Shown here: piece by piece, positions 27,531 through 36,921 of the stretch | How positions within the stretch are numbered: position 1 is the stretch's first letter | How the letters are laid out: every line of letters begins with the position of its first letter | Origin: Acidobacteria bacterium UBA823 | GTDB taxonomy: Bacteria > Acidobacteriota > Vicinamibacteria > Vicinamibacterales > UBA823 | DNA length: 64,000 bases | Reading direction: 5' to 3' | Assembly (NCBI GenBank): GCA_002296225.1 | Contig: DBHR01000087.1 | Coordinates: 12,976 to 76,975 of the forward strand | Notes under the pieces: model-generated | The model's database searches: none | The model's input: the letters and a program-made list of their open reading frames with translations, nothing else | What the model was told of the DNA's origin: nothing | Position numbers and translations under genes: made by a program

Positions 27531-29087
27531 TTAGGTATTTCTCAGGGCCCCAGAGGCCAGCAAAAGCGACAGGGCGCCGAGGAAGTCTGGGAGGTTCACC
27601 TCGGAATACCGCTGGTTGTAGGCCTCGAACAGGTCGGGGACTTGGCGATGGTCACCTGCCATCCGAACCAACGCTGGCAGGTCGACGCCTCGGACGAACC
27701 TCAGGGCCACACGGCCCACGGTCGACATTTCGAGTCCCAAGCGTTCCTCAAGTACCACTTCCCGTCCAGCGATACCAGGCCAGCGTTCGACCTGTAGGCG
27801 GTCTCCGGGTGCCAGCGTGATCTCGGGCCAGACCTTCAGGTCAGCGAATGCCGCCTGCATCGCAGGGTCGAGACGGAGCGCATCTAGGTCGATCGCCGCG
27901 GGGGAACCGAACCCAAGGTCATCCTCGAGGTCGGATCGCCCCGTCCAAAATGGATGGTCATGTTTAGCGGCCACGTCACGGAAGTATTCCGCGGCCTGCA
28001 CCGCATAGCTCGAAAAGACCTCCGACTCGCGTGCGGTGTAAAACTCGCACGCTGCCTCGGCCATCTCGGGTTTCACCAAGCAGGTGTTGGTCACGATGGC
28101 CGCCATCCAGGCTGAAGCGATGGCCTTCTTTACCCCGAATGACGACAGAGGATCGATGAACGAGGCTGCGTCGCCAACTAATAGGAACGCAGGACCGGCG
28201 TAACGATCGGCTGAATACACCGACGCGTCACAGGCCCACGGTTCGGTAGTAAGCCGCGCGTGGTCCGTGAGGCGGGAGATCTGTCGTGTCTTCGCAAGTT
28301 CCCGCCGATAAGTCACTGCAAGCTGGCCACCCCGGTCCAAGTCGGTCTCGCGCGGATCAACCATGACGGTCAGATAGCGCCGCATTGCACTGACAGGAAC
28401 TGACCAGGCCCATCCGTCACGGTAGGCCTCCACAAGCGTGTGAGTCGGCTCGGCTAGGGACCATCCATCGGGCCGCTCCCACACGCCGGCGATCGCCAAC
28501 GTCGCCGGTGCCGAACCATAACGCCTGAAGCCCTGCCGAGCGATCACTCCCGCTCGGCCTGAGCAATCAAGCACGGCCCGCGCGCTGACGACAACCGGGT
28601 TGGCGTGTTCGCCACCGGCCATAACATGGACGGTTCCACCACCAAGCGACATTTCACCGGTATCGAACTCCACGCGTTTCACCGTGCCCTGGACGACGGT
28701 GACATTCTTGTTTTCAGCCTGCGTTCGTAATACTCGATCGAATTCTCGTCGGATGACCTGATACCCCAGCTCGCCATCCGTGAAGCGCTCTGACCTCAAC
28801 TCGTCACTGCCCCACCAAAACGTATTTCCCGTCGAGCGGAGAAACTTGGCCTTGTCGATGGCTTCTAATACGCCGATGGCGCGGAAAAGCTTCCGGCAGC
28901 TAGGTGGCAGTGATTCAGCCAGCGTCGGCGCCGTGTCCTCGCTCTTCGTCAAGAGCAGGACAGCGTGGCCCCACGCTGACAGCACGTTCGCAGCCGCAGC
29001 GCCAGCCGGCCCGCCGCCGACAATGACAACGTCCGAGGTGGAAGGTACGCGTAAGCGTGTCATCTTTGTGCCGGAACATCCCAGCAA
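27531..29087 (-). CDS. qhpG: FAD-dependent monooxygenase of tryptophan-halogenase fold, QhpG-like
   Basis: Dinucleotide fingerprint VVIVGGGPAGAAAANVL, the WxWxIP-like GWAWSVPV, and the GDAASFIDPLSSFGV motif. It is the first gene of the co-directional qhp cluster. An alternative ATG lies at 29063. Confidence 0.7.
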   Translation of the reverse strand: MLGCSGTKMTRLRVPSTSDVVIVGGGPAGAAAANVLSAWGHAVLLLTKSEDTAPTLAESLPPSCRKLFRAIGVLEAIDKAKFLRSTGNTFWWGSDELRSERFTDGELGYQVIRREFDRVLRTQAENKNVTVVQGTVKRVEFDTGEMSLGGGTVHVMAGGEHANPVVVSARAVLDCSGRAGVIARQGFRRYGSAPATLAIAGVWERPDGWSLAEPTHTLVEAYRDGWAWSVPVSAMRRYLTVMVDPRETDLDRGGQLAVTYRRELAKTRQISRLTDHARLTTEPWACDASVYSADRYAGPAFLLVGDAASFIDPLSSFGVKKAIASAWMAAIVTNTCLVKPEMAEAACEFYTARESEVFSSYAVQAAEYFRDVAAKHDHPFWTGRSDLEDDLGFGSPAAIDLDALRLDPAMQAAFADLKVWPEITLAPGDRLQVERWPGIAGREVVLEERLGLEMSTVGRVALRFVRGVDLPALVRMAGDHRQVPDLFEAYNQRYSEVNLPDFLGALSLLLASGALRNT

Positions 29088-29204
29088 GCGGCATTGGGGA
29101 AACGACTAGAGAAAAGATTATACGTTGGAGTGCCGAGAAGACGGTCTCGACCAAGTGACAGACACTGGCAGATCGGTGACAATTGCAGACTCTGAGCGCA
29201 CGGC

Positions 29205-29696
29205 ATGCAGATCGTTATCATTTCGGATATTCACGATAGCCGCGATCATCTCGGCGTGATTCTCGACCAGGCTTCAGCCGCCGACGTGCTCATCTGCTGC
29301 GGTGATCTGTGCTCACCGTTCATCGTCGTGCAGCTCGGCGAAGGATTCGCCAAGCCAATTCACGTCGTCTTCGGTAATAACGACGGTGACCTTTTCAGGA
29401 TCACGCAGCAAGCAAGTCGCTTTTCGCACATGACGCTTCACGGCGAGTTCGCGGAGTTGACCTGCGGTGGCAAACGGATCGCCGTTAGTCACTTTCCGGA
29501 GATTGCCAGGGCGCTGGCCGCGTCCGATCGATATGACCTTGTCTGCTACGGCCACGATCACCAGCACGTGATCGACACGGACGGTGGCACCGTGATCGTC
29601 AATCCTGGAGAGGTCTATGGCGGTCTGACTGGAATAACAAGTTATGCGGTGTACGACACGGTCACTGGTGTAGCTAAGCGGCGAGACGTCGATTAA
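29205..29696 (+). CDS. YfcE/MJ0936-family metallophosphoesterase
   Basis: The motif series ISDIHD, CCGDLCSP, GNNDGD and YGHDH in 163 aa. Confidence 0.8.
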   Translation: MQIVIISDIHDSRDHLGVILDQASAADVLICCGDLCSPFIVVQLGEGFAKPIHVVFGNNDGDLFRITQQASRFSHMTLHGEFAELTCGGKRIAVSHFPEIARALAASDRYDLVCYGHDHQHVIDTDGGTVIVNPGEVYGGLTGITSYAVYDTVTGVAKRRDVD

Positions 29697-29770
29697 CTGT
29701 CGGGTGACTCGTTCGGGCAGTATTCTGTGAAGAACGTTTTTTTAGGAGAGAACGCAACTAACAACAGAGA

Positions 29771-30613
29771 GTGAAGACCATGAAAGGATTCATCGCATCG
29801 GCTGTCATTAGTGTCGTTTTCTGCGCCACGTCCCTCTCGGCACAGGGCGTGACGAAATATGTGCGCTACGCCTATAACGGCACCGATTCGTATGGCGTGC
29901 TGAAGGGCAACGCGATCCATGAGCTGCGGGGTGACATCTTCGAAACGGTGGAACTTACCGGCCGCACCGTCGCGCTGGCCAACGTGAAGCTGCTCATCCC
30001 CGTCCAGCCGTCCAAGATCATCGCGGTCGGCTTCAACTACAGGAGCCATCTTGGCGACCGCGAACCCGCACTGTATCCGGGACTATTCGCCAAGTATCCA
30101 ACGTCATTGATCGCAACGGGCGAAGAGATTGTCTTTCCTCCCGGAGCCCACAACGTGCACTACGAAGGCGAGATGGTCCTCGTGATCGGCCGGCGCGCCC
30201 GGCACGTGTCCCGCGAGGCGGCTTTGGATTACGTATTCGGTGTGACGGCCGGGAACGACGTCAGCGAACGCGATTGGCAGTCCGGCGATCTCCAGTGGTT
30301 CCGAGCGAAGGCTTCGGACACATTCGGGCCGCTCGGGCCGGCCGTCGTTCGCGGCCTAAACCCTGACGATCTGTTGCTCCAGACCCGTGTGAACGGTGAA
30401 GTGCGCCAGTCGCAGCGGACGAGCGACCTCTTCTTTGACTCGTCGGACATCATCAGCTATGTCACTCAATTCGTGACGCTTGAGCCAGGAGACGTCATCT
30501 ACACGGGTACACCTGGAGCAACCCAGGCCATGCAGCCTGGCGACGTTGTTGAGATCGAACTGGAAGGCGTCGGCATTCTGCGCAACACCATCGCTGACGC
30601 CGACACCCCGTAG
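29771..30613 (+). CDS. fumarylacetoacetate hydrolase (FAH) family protein
   Basis: Blocks GFNYRSHL, YEGEMVLVIGR, GVTAGNDVSERDWQ and YTGTPGA. The ORF-track start adds a signal-like 26 aa. An internal GTG (MTKYVRYAYNG) would give a canonical cytosolic N-terminus. Confidence 0.85.
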   Translation: MKTMKGFIASAVISVVFCATSLSAQGVTKYVRYAYNGTDSYGVLKGNAIHELRGDIFETVELTGRTVALANVKLLIPVQPSKIIAVGFNYRSHLGDREPALYPGLFAKYPTSLIATGEEIVFPPGAHNVHYEGEMVLVIGRRARHVSREAALDYVFGVTAGNDVSERDWQSGDLQWFRAKASDTFGPLGPAVVRGLNPDDLLLQTRVNGEVRQSQRTSDLFFDSSDIISYVTQFVTLEPGDVIYTGTPGATQAMQPGDVVEIELEGVGILRNTIADADTP

Positions 30614-30780
30614 CGCGCCAAGAAACAACGGAATCCTAACCTGCGGCCAGACATCCAGTCAGTGGCCGTTGATCGATACCGATACCCCTTACGGTCGGTC
30701 GTTGGCCAGCAGTATCTCAGTCGGCGCAATATTGTTCGCGCGAACGGGTGAATACCTAATCTAGCATCTGGCGCCGCCGG

Positions 30781-31131
30781 CTATTTGCTGTCCAAGTACT
30801 GGTTCTTTCCCTCTTCCCAGTCGTCCCGCCGCTCCGTGAAGAAGTCCCATACGATGCAGTCCTTGATCGCCCAAGCTTCGTGTTCGGCGTTTGATGGAAT
30901 CACGAGCATCTCGCCCGGCTGAAGCAACACCTCTTGGCCGTCAATGCTCAGACGAATCGCGCCGGCAATGACGCAGGTGAACTGCTCAGCCGCATGGCGG
31001 TGTTTCGCCACGTGCGTGCCGTCGGCGAGTGTCAGCTGAGCGAAGGTCCCCTTACTGCCCCACAGAACACGTCGCTCGACGGAATTCGTTATCAGTTCGA
31101 CCGGAATGTCATCCCACGTCACTGCTTTCAT
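30781..31131 (-). CDS. cupin domain protein
   Basis: MKAVTWDDIPVE start (ATG at 31131). Cupin metal motifs HRHAAEQFTCVIAG and PSNAEHEAWA. Confidence 0.7.
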   Translation of the reverse strand: MKAVTWDDIPVELITNSVERRVLWGSKGTFAQLTLADGTHVAKHRHAAEQFTCVIAGAIRLSIDGQEVLLQPGEMLVIPSNAEHEAWAIKDCIVWDFFTERRDDWEEGKNQYLDSK

Positions 31132-31235
31132 AATCGATTCACCTCTGCTCTGGCTGTGTCCCGTTGCCCCAGACAACTGCGTTACAATCCTGCGTAATCG
31201 GCTGGGAATCTTCTCATTAACCAAGGAGACGCTAA

Positions 31236-32624
31236 GTGCCGCTCCACAGGCTCACGTTCGCCGCGATAGCGCTGGCCATGGCTACGCTGGCCGCCGCGCC
31301 AGGATTTGATGATTCACGCTGGATTCAGTCTGCTGAGGACAACCGTTTCACCATGGCCCTCACCGGCGACTCCATCATCACCCGACGACTATCGGTCTAT
31401 CAAGAACCGGAGTTTCTGGAAATGGTGAATCTTCTGCGCGGGGCCGATGTCGCCTTCACAAATCTCGAGATGCTGTTCCACGATTACGAGCCGTACCCGA
31501 TGCACCAAAGCGGCGGCACCTACATGCGAGCGGCTCCGGCCTTGGTCAATGAACTAGTCTGGGCAGGGTTCGACATGGTCTCCCGCGCGAATAACCATAC
31601 GGGGGACTATGGCACGCTGGGTATGGACCTGACCACGCGCTACGTCGAGGCGGCCGGACTCACGCAGGCCGGCATCGGACACAGTCTGGCCGAGGCGCGT
31701 GAGGCCAAATTCCTTGAAACGGCCGAGGCCCGCGTGGCGCTCATCTCGGTCGCGTCCACGTTCCCTGATCATTCGAGAGCTGGCCGGACTCGTGGTGACG
31801 TGCCGGCCAGACCTGGCCTCAACCCCCTACGATTCTCGACGACATACATCGTGACGCGCGATCGCCTCGAATCGCTCCGGGACACAATGCAGGAGTTGGG
31901 GTTTGCCGTGCCGAATGCAGGCGACCGGCTCACCTTCCGCGGCAACCGCTTTATTGTCGGCGACGACCCAGCCGTGCTGACCGAGCCTAATCCAGAAGAC
32001 GTAAAGGAAATCTCTGCTGTCGTCGCCAACGCCAGCCGACTAGCCGACTACACGATCGTCACCATTCATGCCCACGAGGGTGATGGTGACCGCTCTGTGC
32101 CGGCACAGTTCTTGATCGCCTTCGCGCATGACATGATCGATGCGGGCGCGGATCTTTTCGTCGGGCACGGCCCGCACGTTGTGCGCGGCATCGAAATCAG
32201 GAACGGCAAGCCGATCCTCTACAGCCTTGCGAATTTCCTCTTCCAGAACGAAACACTGCAGCGCCTACCAAGCGAGAACTACGAGCCCTACGACCTAGAT
32301 GGTAACGCGCACGTTGCTGATTTCAACGACTGGCGGTACGACAACGACACGCGCGGATTTCCTTCGCAACAGGAAATCTGGGAATCAGTAGTTGCCGTAG
32401 CCGAGTGGGACGGCAAGCGCTTGGCCGAGCTGCGCCTGCATCCGATCACACTAGGTTTCGGCGAGTCGCGTATGGTACGAGGCCGCCCAATGTTCGCCGA
32501 CGCCGAACTCGGGAAGAAAATTATCGGCGATCTAGAAAGACTATCGAAACCATTCGGGACTAGGGTCGTTTTTAAGAACGGCGTCGGCCGGCTGGTCTTA
32601 CCTCCTGCTAGCAGTGAACCCTAG
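31236..32624 (+). CDS. CapA/PGA_cap-family metallophosphatase-like protein, secreted
   Basis: AAGGAG Shine-Dalgarno 7 nt before the GTG, and a signal peptide. Motifs VSRANNHTGDYG, TIHAHEGD and GHGPHVVRGIE. Confidence 0.8.
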   Translation: MPLHRLTFAAIALAMATLAAAPGFDDSRWIQSAEDNRFTMALTGDSIITRRLSVYQEPEFLEMVNLLRGADVAFTNLEMLFHDYEPYPMHQSGGTYMRAAPALVNELVWAGFDMVSRANNHTGDYGTLGMDLTTRYVEAAGLTQAGIGHSLAEAREAKFLETAEARVALISVASTFPDHSRAGRTRGDVPARPGLNPLRFSTTYIVTRDRLESLRDTMQELGFAVPNAGDRLTFRGNRFIVGDDPAVLTEPNPEDVKEISAVVANASRLADYTIVTIHAHEGDGDRSVPAQFLIAFAHDMIDAGADLFVGHGPHVVRGIEIRNGKPILYSLANFLFQNETLQRLPSENYEPYDLDGNAHVADFNDWRYDNDTRGFPSQQEIWESVVAVAEWDGKRLAELRLHPITLGFGESRMVRGRPMFADAELGKKIIGDLERLSKPFGTRVVFKNGVGRLVLPPASSEP

Positions 32625-32640
32625 ACATAGATAGCAGCAA

Positions 32641-33297
32641 ATGCCTGGCAGCAAGAGCTTTGCCTTTCACACCGAACTCCACCTCGTGGCGCTCACCGGC
32701 GTCAGAGCTCTTGGTGTCTCGGGTCTTCGCGCGGCTCTGCAAACACTTCCCGGTTCCTCGATCTTTTACCACACGCATCAGCAGTACCTAACCCACAACT
32801 TCGAGCAACCGATTTACTACAATGAGTTCGCGTTGTGGGCACACGAAACACTTCGAGAAGAGGCGCTTGCCGAGAAACTCGCCGCTATCGATCTACTGGC
32901 GTTCACCAGTATCCGTGAGCTGCGAGCGGCGCTGATAGCGACGATCGACGACCACATACCGAACATTTGGCGTCCAGGGTTCGAGTGTCGTCCGGACGAT
33001 GCGTTCCACTTCTGCAAGTCAAAGAGTTTCATACTGCCGACCGGCATTATGGCGCGGGATTTGCCAGACTTTTTCGCCACGCTACCCCAGGTCAGCAACG
33101 CTTCGCTCTACTTCCATTTCTTCGAAGCTCGGCTGCGTTTACGGCGGCGGACGAACGACTTTTCGCGCTGGATCAAGGACTGCGGCCGCCCCGATCTCGC
33201 CGAGGCCGTCGAAAAGCTCGACCCCTACATCCGCACGCTAGACGAGCTCCGTGAGGCCATCATCGCAGTCGGCGACGAGATGCGGAAGCCCACATGA
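32641..33297 (+). CDS. hypothetical protein translationally coupled to the TreT-like glycosyltransferase
   Basis: Length 218 aa with no motif I can name confidently (possibly a DUF5752-like family, from memory only). The stop overlaps the next ATG (ATGA at 33294-33297). Confidence 0.5.
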   Translation: MPGSKSFAFHTELHLVALTGVRALGVSGLRAALQTLPGSSIFYHTHQQYLTHNFEQPIYYNEFALWAHETLREEALAEKLAAIDLLAFTSIRELRAALIATIDDHIPNIWRPGFECRPDDAFHFCKSKSFILPTGIMARDLPDFFATLPQVSNASLYFHFFEARLRLRRRTNDFSRWIKDCGRPDLAEAVEKLDPYIRTLDELREAIIAVGDEMRKPT

Positions 33298-34529
33298 GTA
33301 CCAGCCTCCAAGATTACCGTGCGGTCGTCGGCTCAGAAGTCATTGATGAATTGAAGATAGCCGCCGATCAGGTTAAGGACCGGAAGATCCAGCATATTAA
33401 CTCGACGTTTGTCGGCGGCGGTGTAGCTGAGTTGCTAGCCCGGATGGTGCTGCTCTTCCGCGAGTTGGGCATCGAGACGACCTGGGATGTCATTAAGGGT
33501 GAAAAGCCGTTCTTTGAAGTCACCAAGGCGTTTCACAACGCGCTGCACGGCGGGCAGGAAACGATTACGGGGGCGATGTTCGACACGTATCGCGAGACGA
33601 CCGCCCGAAACCTCGAAGAGATGGAAATTGTCGGGGACGTCGTCGTGGTTCACGACCCGCAACCCGCCGGCCTCATTGAGCGGCGCAGTAGTGACTGCCG
33701 CTGGATCTGGCGGTGTCACATCGACGTTTCGACACCCGACACGAAGGTGTGGAATTTCCTCAAACCCTACGTAGACCGCTACGACAGCTCGGTGTTCTCG
33801 ATACCTGAGTTTTCACAGCAGCTAAAGATTCCACAGTTCATGATCGCCCCATCGATCGATCCGCTGAGCGACAAGAATAAGGAACTCCCCCAAGAAACGA
33901 TCGACCGGGCCCTGGAAGGCTTCGGCTTGGACTCGGATCGCCCGATCCTGACACAGATCTCACGGTTCGACCGATTCAAGGACCCAATCGGAGTGATCCG
34001 GGCCTACCAGCTGGTTAAGCGACGCCGCGATTGCCAGCTCGTCCTAGCAGGTGGTGCAGCCGATGACGATCCTGAGGGCACCGAGGTGCTCCAGGAGGTG
34101 CAGAAGGCCGCCGACGGTGATAACGACATCCACATCCTGGCGTTGCCTCCGCACAGCGACATAGAGATCAACGCACTCGTTCGGGGCTCGACGATCGTGC
34201 TACAGAAATCAGTCAAGGAAGGCTTTGGTTTGACCGTGACCGAGGCACTCTGGAAGAAAAAGCCGGTGATCGCCGGTGCCGTCGGTGGGATCAAACTGCA
34301 GATCCTCAACGGCATCACGGGGTTCCTCGTCCACTCACCGGAGGGCGCCGCGAACCGGGTGATTGAGCTGCTGGGCAACCCCGAGCTAGGTCAGACGCTT
34401 GGCATGAACGGCTACCTGCACGTAAAGGAAAACTTCCTCACGACACGCCATATCCGAGACTATCTGCTGATGATCCTGGCGTTGGAAGAACCGGGTAAAG
34501 ACCTGAGATACCTCACACCAGACTTCTGA
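33294..34529 (+). CDS. treT: GT4 glycosyltransferase, trehalose glycosyltransferring synthase (TreT)-like
   Basis: Length 411 aa. The N-terminal IQHINSTFVGGGVAELL and C-terminal LQKSVKEGFGLTVTEALWKKKPVIAG blocks resemble TreT-type enzymes. Confidence 0.55.
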   Translation: MSTSLQDYRAVVGSEVIDELKIAADQVKDRKIQHINSTFVGGGVAELLARMVLLFRELGIETTWDVIKGEKPFFEVTKAFHNALHGGQETITGAMFDTYRETTARNLEEMEIVGDVVVVHDPQPAGLIERRSSDCRWIWRCHIDVSTPDTKVWNFLKPYVDRYDSSVFSIPEFSQQLKIPQFMIAPSIDPLSDKNKELPQETIDRALEGFGLDSDRPILTQISRFDRFKDPIGVIRAYQLVKRRRDCQLVLAGGAADDDPEGTEVLQEVQKAADGDNDIHILALPPHSDIEINALVRGSTIVLQKSVKEGFGLTVTEALWKKKPVIAGAVGGIKLQILNGITGFLVHSPEGAANRVIELLGNPELGQTLGMNGYLHVKENFLTTRHIRDYLLMILALEEPGKDLRYLTPDF

Positions 34530-34551
34530 CCCCTTGTTCCAGGCGCCCACG

Positions 34552-35457
34552 CTACTCCGTCAGTTCCTCGTAAGCTACGTTGAGGACCGCTTCGAGGGTC
34601 AGCCGAGGAACCGGTGCGACGTGTTCCAGGAAGTCCGGTAGGACCTCGATCGCGGAAATCTCTTCCTGTGATTTCCCGGCCGCAATGCCGGCGTGTGTGT
34701 GCTCAAGTACGGCGGTCAGGTAATCCCGAAAGTGCATGAGATCGGCGCTCTCGCCGACGACCCCGAACCCCGGCTTGCCATGTCCGAACACGTAGGTGGT
34801 GTCCGACGTGTGCACGTCGGCCGCTCGTTCGAGTGAAGTGATCCAATTCGCGATCGACGCCCCGGCAGGTCGATCGATGAATGGGTGCACCCGATTGAAC
34901 ATCAAGTCGCCCATGTGCACGACGTTAGCGTTCTCGAAGTGTACGACAATGTCGCCGCCTGTGTGGGCCGGCCCATAATGACGAGCGGAGACAATCTCTG
35001 CCCCGAGGTGGATCCGCCAGTTTTCGGCGAACGTGACATTCGCATACGCCTGATCGGCCTCAGTGCTGGCCTGCTCGGCCGCGCGGCGCTGCAGTTCGGG
35101 TACTCGGGTGTGCGCAACGATGTGTTTGACGACGCGCTGAAACACCTGATTGCCAGCAGTATGATCACCATGGTGGTGCGTGTTGATCAGAATGTCGATC
35201 CCGCGTTCCGATCGTTCCAAGATCCCGTCGACGCAGACTTGTGCCGTGTTCGCAAACTGGCTGTCGATCACAACCGTGCCATCAGTTGACACCAGCCACC
35301 CGATCGTGCCCCCGCTGCCATTAAAGATGCCTACGTTGCTCCGAAGTGCCTCGAAACTGGTCTCCGAACTTTGCGCGAAGCCCGGAAGCCCCCGCAGCGC
35401 GCCCGCCGCGACGACGAGCGACGACCTCACAATGAAACAACGGCGATTAAGAATCAC
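34552..35457 (-). CDS. MBL-fold metallo-hydrolase with a Tat-type signal peptide
   Basis: HHHGDHTAGN motif. I place the start at GTG 35457, preceded by AGGAG with a 7-nt spacer. This gives MILNRRCFIVRSSLVVAAGALRGLPGFAQS, a twin-arginine signal. The ORF track extends to 35520. Confidence 0.8.
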   Translation of the reverse strand: MILNRRCFIVRSSLVVAAGALRGLPGFAQSSETSFEALRSNVGIFNGSGGTIGWLVSTDGTVVIDSQFANTAQVCVDGILERSERGIDILINTHHHGDHTAGNQVFQRVVKHIVAHTRVPELQRRAAEQASTEADQAYANVTFAENWRIHLGAEIVSARHYGPAHTGGDIVVHFENANVVHMGDLMFNRVHPFIDRPAGASIANWITSLERAADVHTSDTTYVFGHGKPGFGVVGESADLMHFRDYLTAVLEHTHAGIAAGKSQEEISAIEVLPDFLEHVAPVPRLTLEAVLNVAYEELTE

Positions 35458-35563
35458 GATCAGGCTCCTGTCAAAAAATCTGATAGACCTCGGTTCGGCG
35501 GTAACGGCTAATCTTCTCACGTTTTCGCTGGCGGGTTTAGCCCGTCCGCGGTCAGGCGGCCGG

Positions 35564-36541
35564 CTACGAAATCAATACGATCTTCCCGATGTGCTTGCCG
35601 GTTTCCATCAGCCGGTGCGCCTCAGCGGCTGCCCTCAGTGGAAACGTCTCGTGAATAACCGGCCGCGCCTGGCCCCGTTCGAGGATCGGCCAAACTCTCC
35701 GATGCAGCGCCTGCGCGATCGCGGTTTTCTCAGTGATGGGTCGGGGTCGTAATGTGGACCCTGTCAGCATCAGCCGCTTCTGCATGATTGGGATCCAATT
35801 GATTGTCGTTTTTGGCCCGTTCAGAATCCCGATCTGCACCAAACGGCCACCGTGATTAAGCACGCTGACGTTGCGCGGTGTGTAGTCGCCTCCGACCATG
35901 TCGAGGACGACATCGACCCCTCCATTACCAGGCATGGCTTTAATGACCTCAACGAAATCCTCGTCACGATAGTTAATGGCCAAATCGGCGCCAAGTCGCT
36001 CGCAGGCCGCGCACTTGTCGAAGGTGCCAGCCGTGGCAAACACCTGCGCACCAAATGCCGATGCCAACTGGATCGCGGTCGTCCCGATTCCACTGGAACC
36101 ACCATGCACGAGGATCCGCTCGCCGGCCACGAGCCGGCCACGATCAAAGACGTTGGTCCAGACCGTGAAGTAAGTCTCTGGCAGCGCAGCCGCTGAAACG
36201 ACGTCGAGATCGGCGGGAATCGGCAGCGCGACCGACGCGGTGCCGACGCAGTACTCCGCGTAACCGCCGCCGGGGACAAGCGCGCACACCGGGTCGCCGA
36301 CGCGCCAGCGATCAACTTCGGCCCCGCACTCGGCCACTGTGCCTGCGACTTCCAATCCTGGCAGATCGGATGCCCCGACCGGCGGCGGATACTTCCCCTG
36401 CCGCTGCATTATGTCGGGCCAGTTCACACCCGCTGCCACCACGGCGATCAAGATTTCACCACGGCCTGGTGTCGGTTTCGGCCGATCGACCGCGGTGAGA
36501 ACCTCAGGGCCTCCAGGCTTAGAAATTTCGATGGCCAACAT
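35564..36541 (-). CDS. NAD(P)H:quinone oxidoreductase, MDR/zeta-crystallin-like
   Basis: Length 325 aa. GEILIAVVAAGVNWPD, the GGSSGIGTTAIQLA Rossmann motif and a C-terminal HIGKIVL. Confidence 0.85.
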   Translation of the reverse strand: MLAIEISKPGGPEVLTAVDRPKPTPGRGEILIAVVAAGVNWPDIMQRQGKYPPPVGASDLPGLEVAGTVAECGAEVDRWRVGDPVCALVPGGGYAEYCVGTASVALPIPADLDVVSAAALPETYFTVWTNVFDRGRLVAGERILVHGGSSGIGTTAIQLASAFGAQVFATAGTFDKCAACERLGADLAINYRDEDFVEVIKAMPGNGGVDVVLDMVGGDYTPRNVSVLNHGGRLVQIGILNGPKTTINWIPIMQKRLMLTGSTLRPRPITEKTAIAQALHRRVWPILERGQARPVIHETFPLRAAAEAHRLMETGKHIGKIVLIS

Positions 36542-36921
36542 GGGGGGGATTCCACTATACCCGAGAGGTAGGCTTGAAGCTGCTGGCGAAGGCCCATGCC
36601 CCGGGTGCTACGCTCGGCACGTCGACCGTAAAGCCAGCGCCTTGCGGAAACTCCGGAAGGCTTATCAGGGATCCTGAAAAAGTCTCGGCATGACATCTAC
36701 TACACCGTCACGGACAACCCGGGTAAGCTTGTTGGGCCTAGGCGTTTGTTTCTGTCAAGGAAACGGCGTGTCCTGCCGCGGCACTTCGGTCACTCTTGCG
36801 GCGGCAAGGAGATGCTGGCCGCGCCTCGGCTGAGTCGTTGCACGCGGTATTCGACACCGGGCGAAACGGGTCCATCGCCGGAAACCGCGCCATCGGACTA
36901 AAGAAGGAAGGAGTGTGCAAG

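Noticed and set aside
27294-27797. A 167-aa plus-strand ORF across the qhpG/qhpA junction
   Set aside because: It is antisense to well-supported genes and has no motifs.
30614-30780. Possible terminator hairpin (CGGCCA-13 nt-TGGCCG) in the convergent gap between the FAH and cupin genes
   Set aside because: The stem is only 6 bp with a large loop and no U-tract. This is too weak to call a terminator.
36542-36921. A 380-nt divergent intergenic region upstream of the M55 peptidase, examined for riboswitch-like conserved cores and for the 63-aa ORF at 36738-36929
   Set aside because: I could not recognise any known riboswitch core sequence. The small ORF is antisense to the leader and overlaps the peptidase start and RBS. 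It most likely holds just two divergent promoters.
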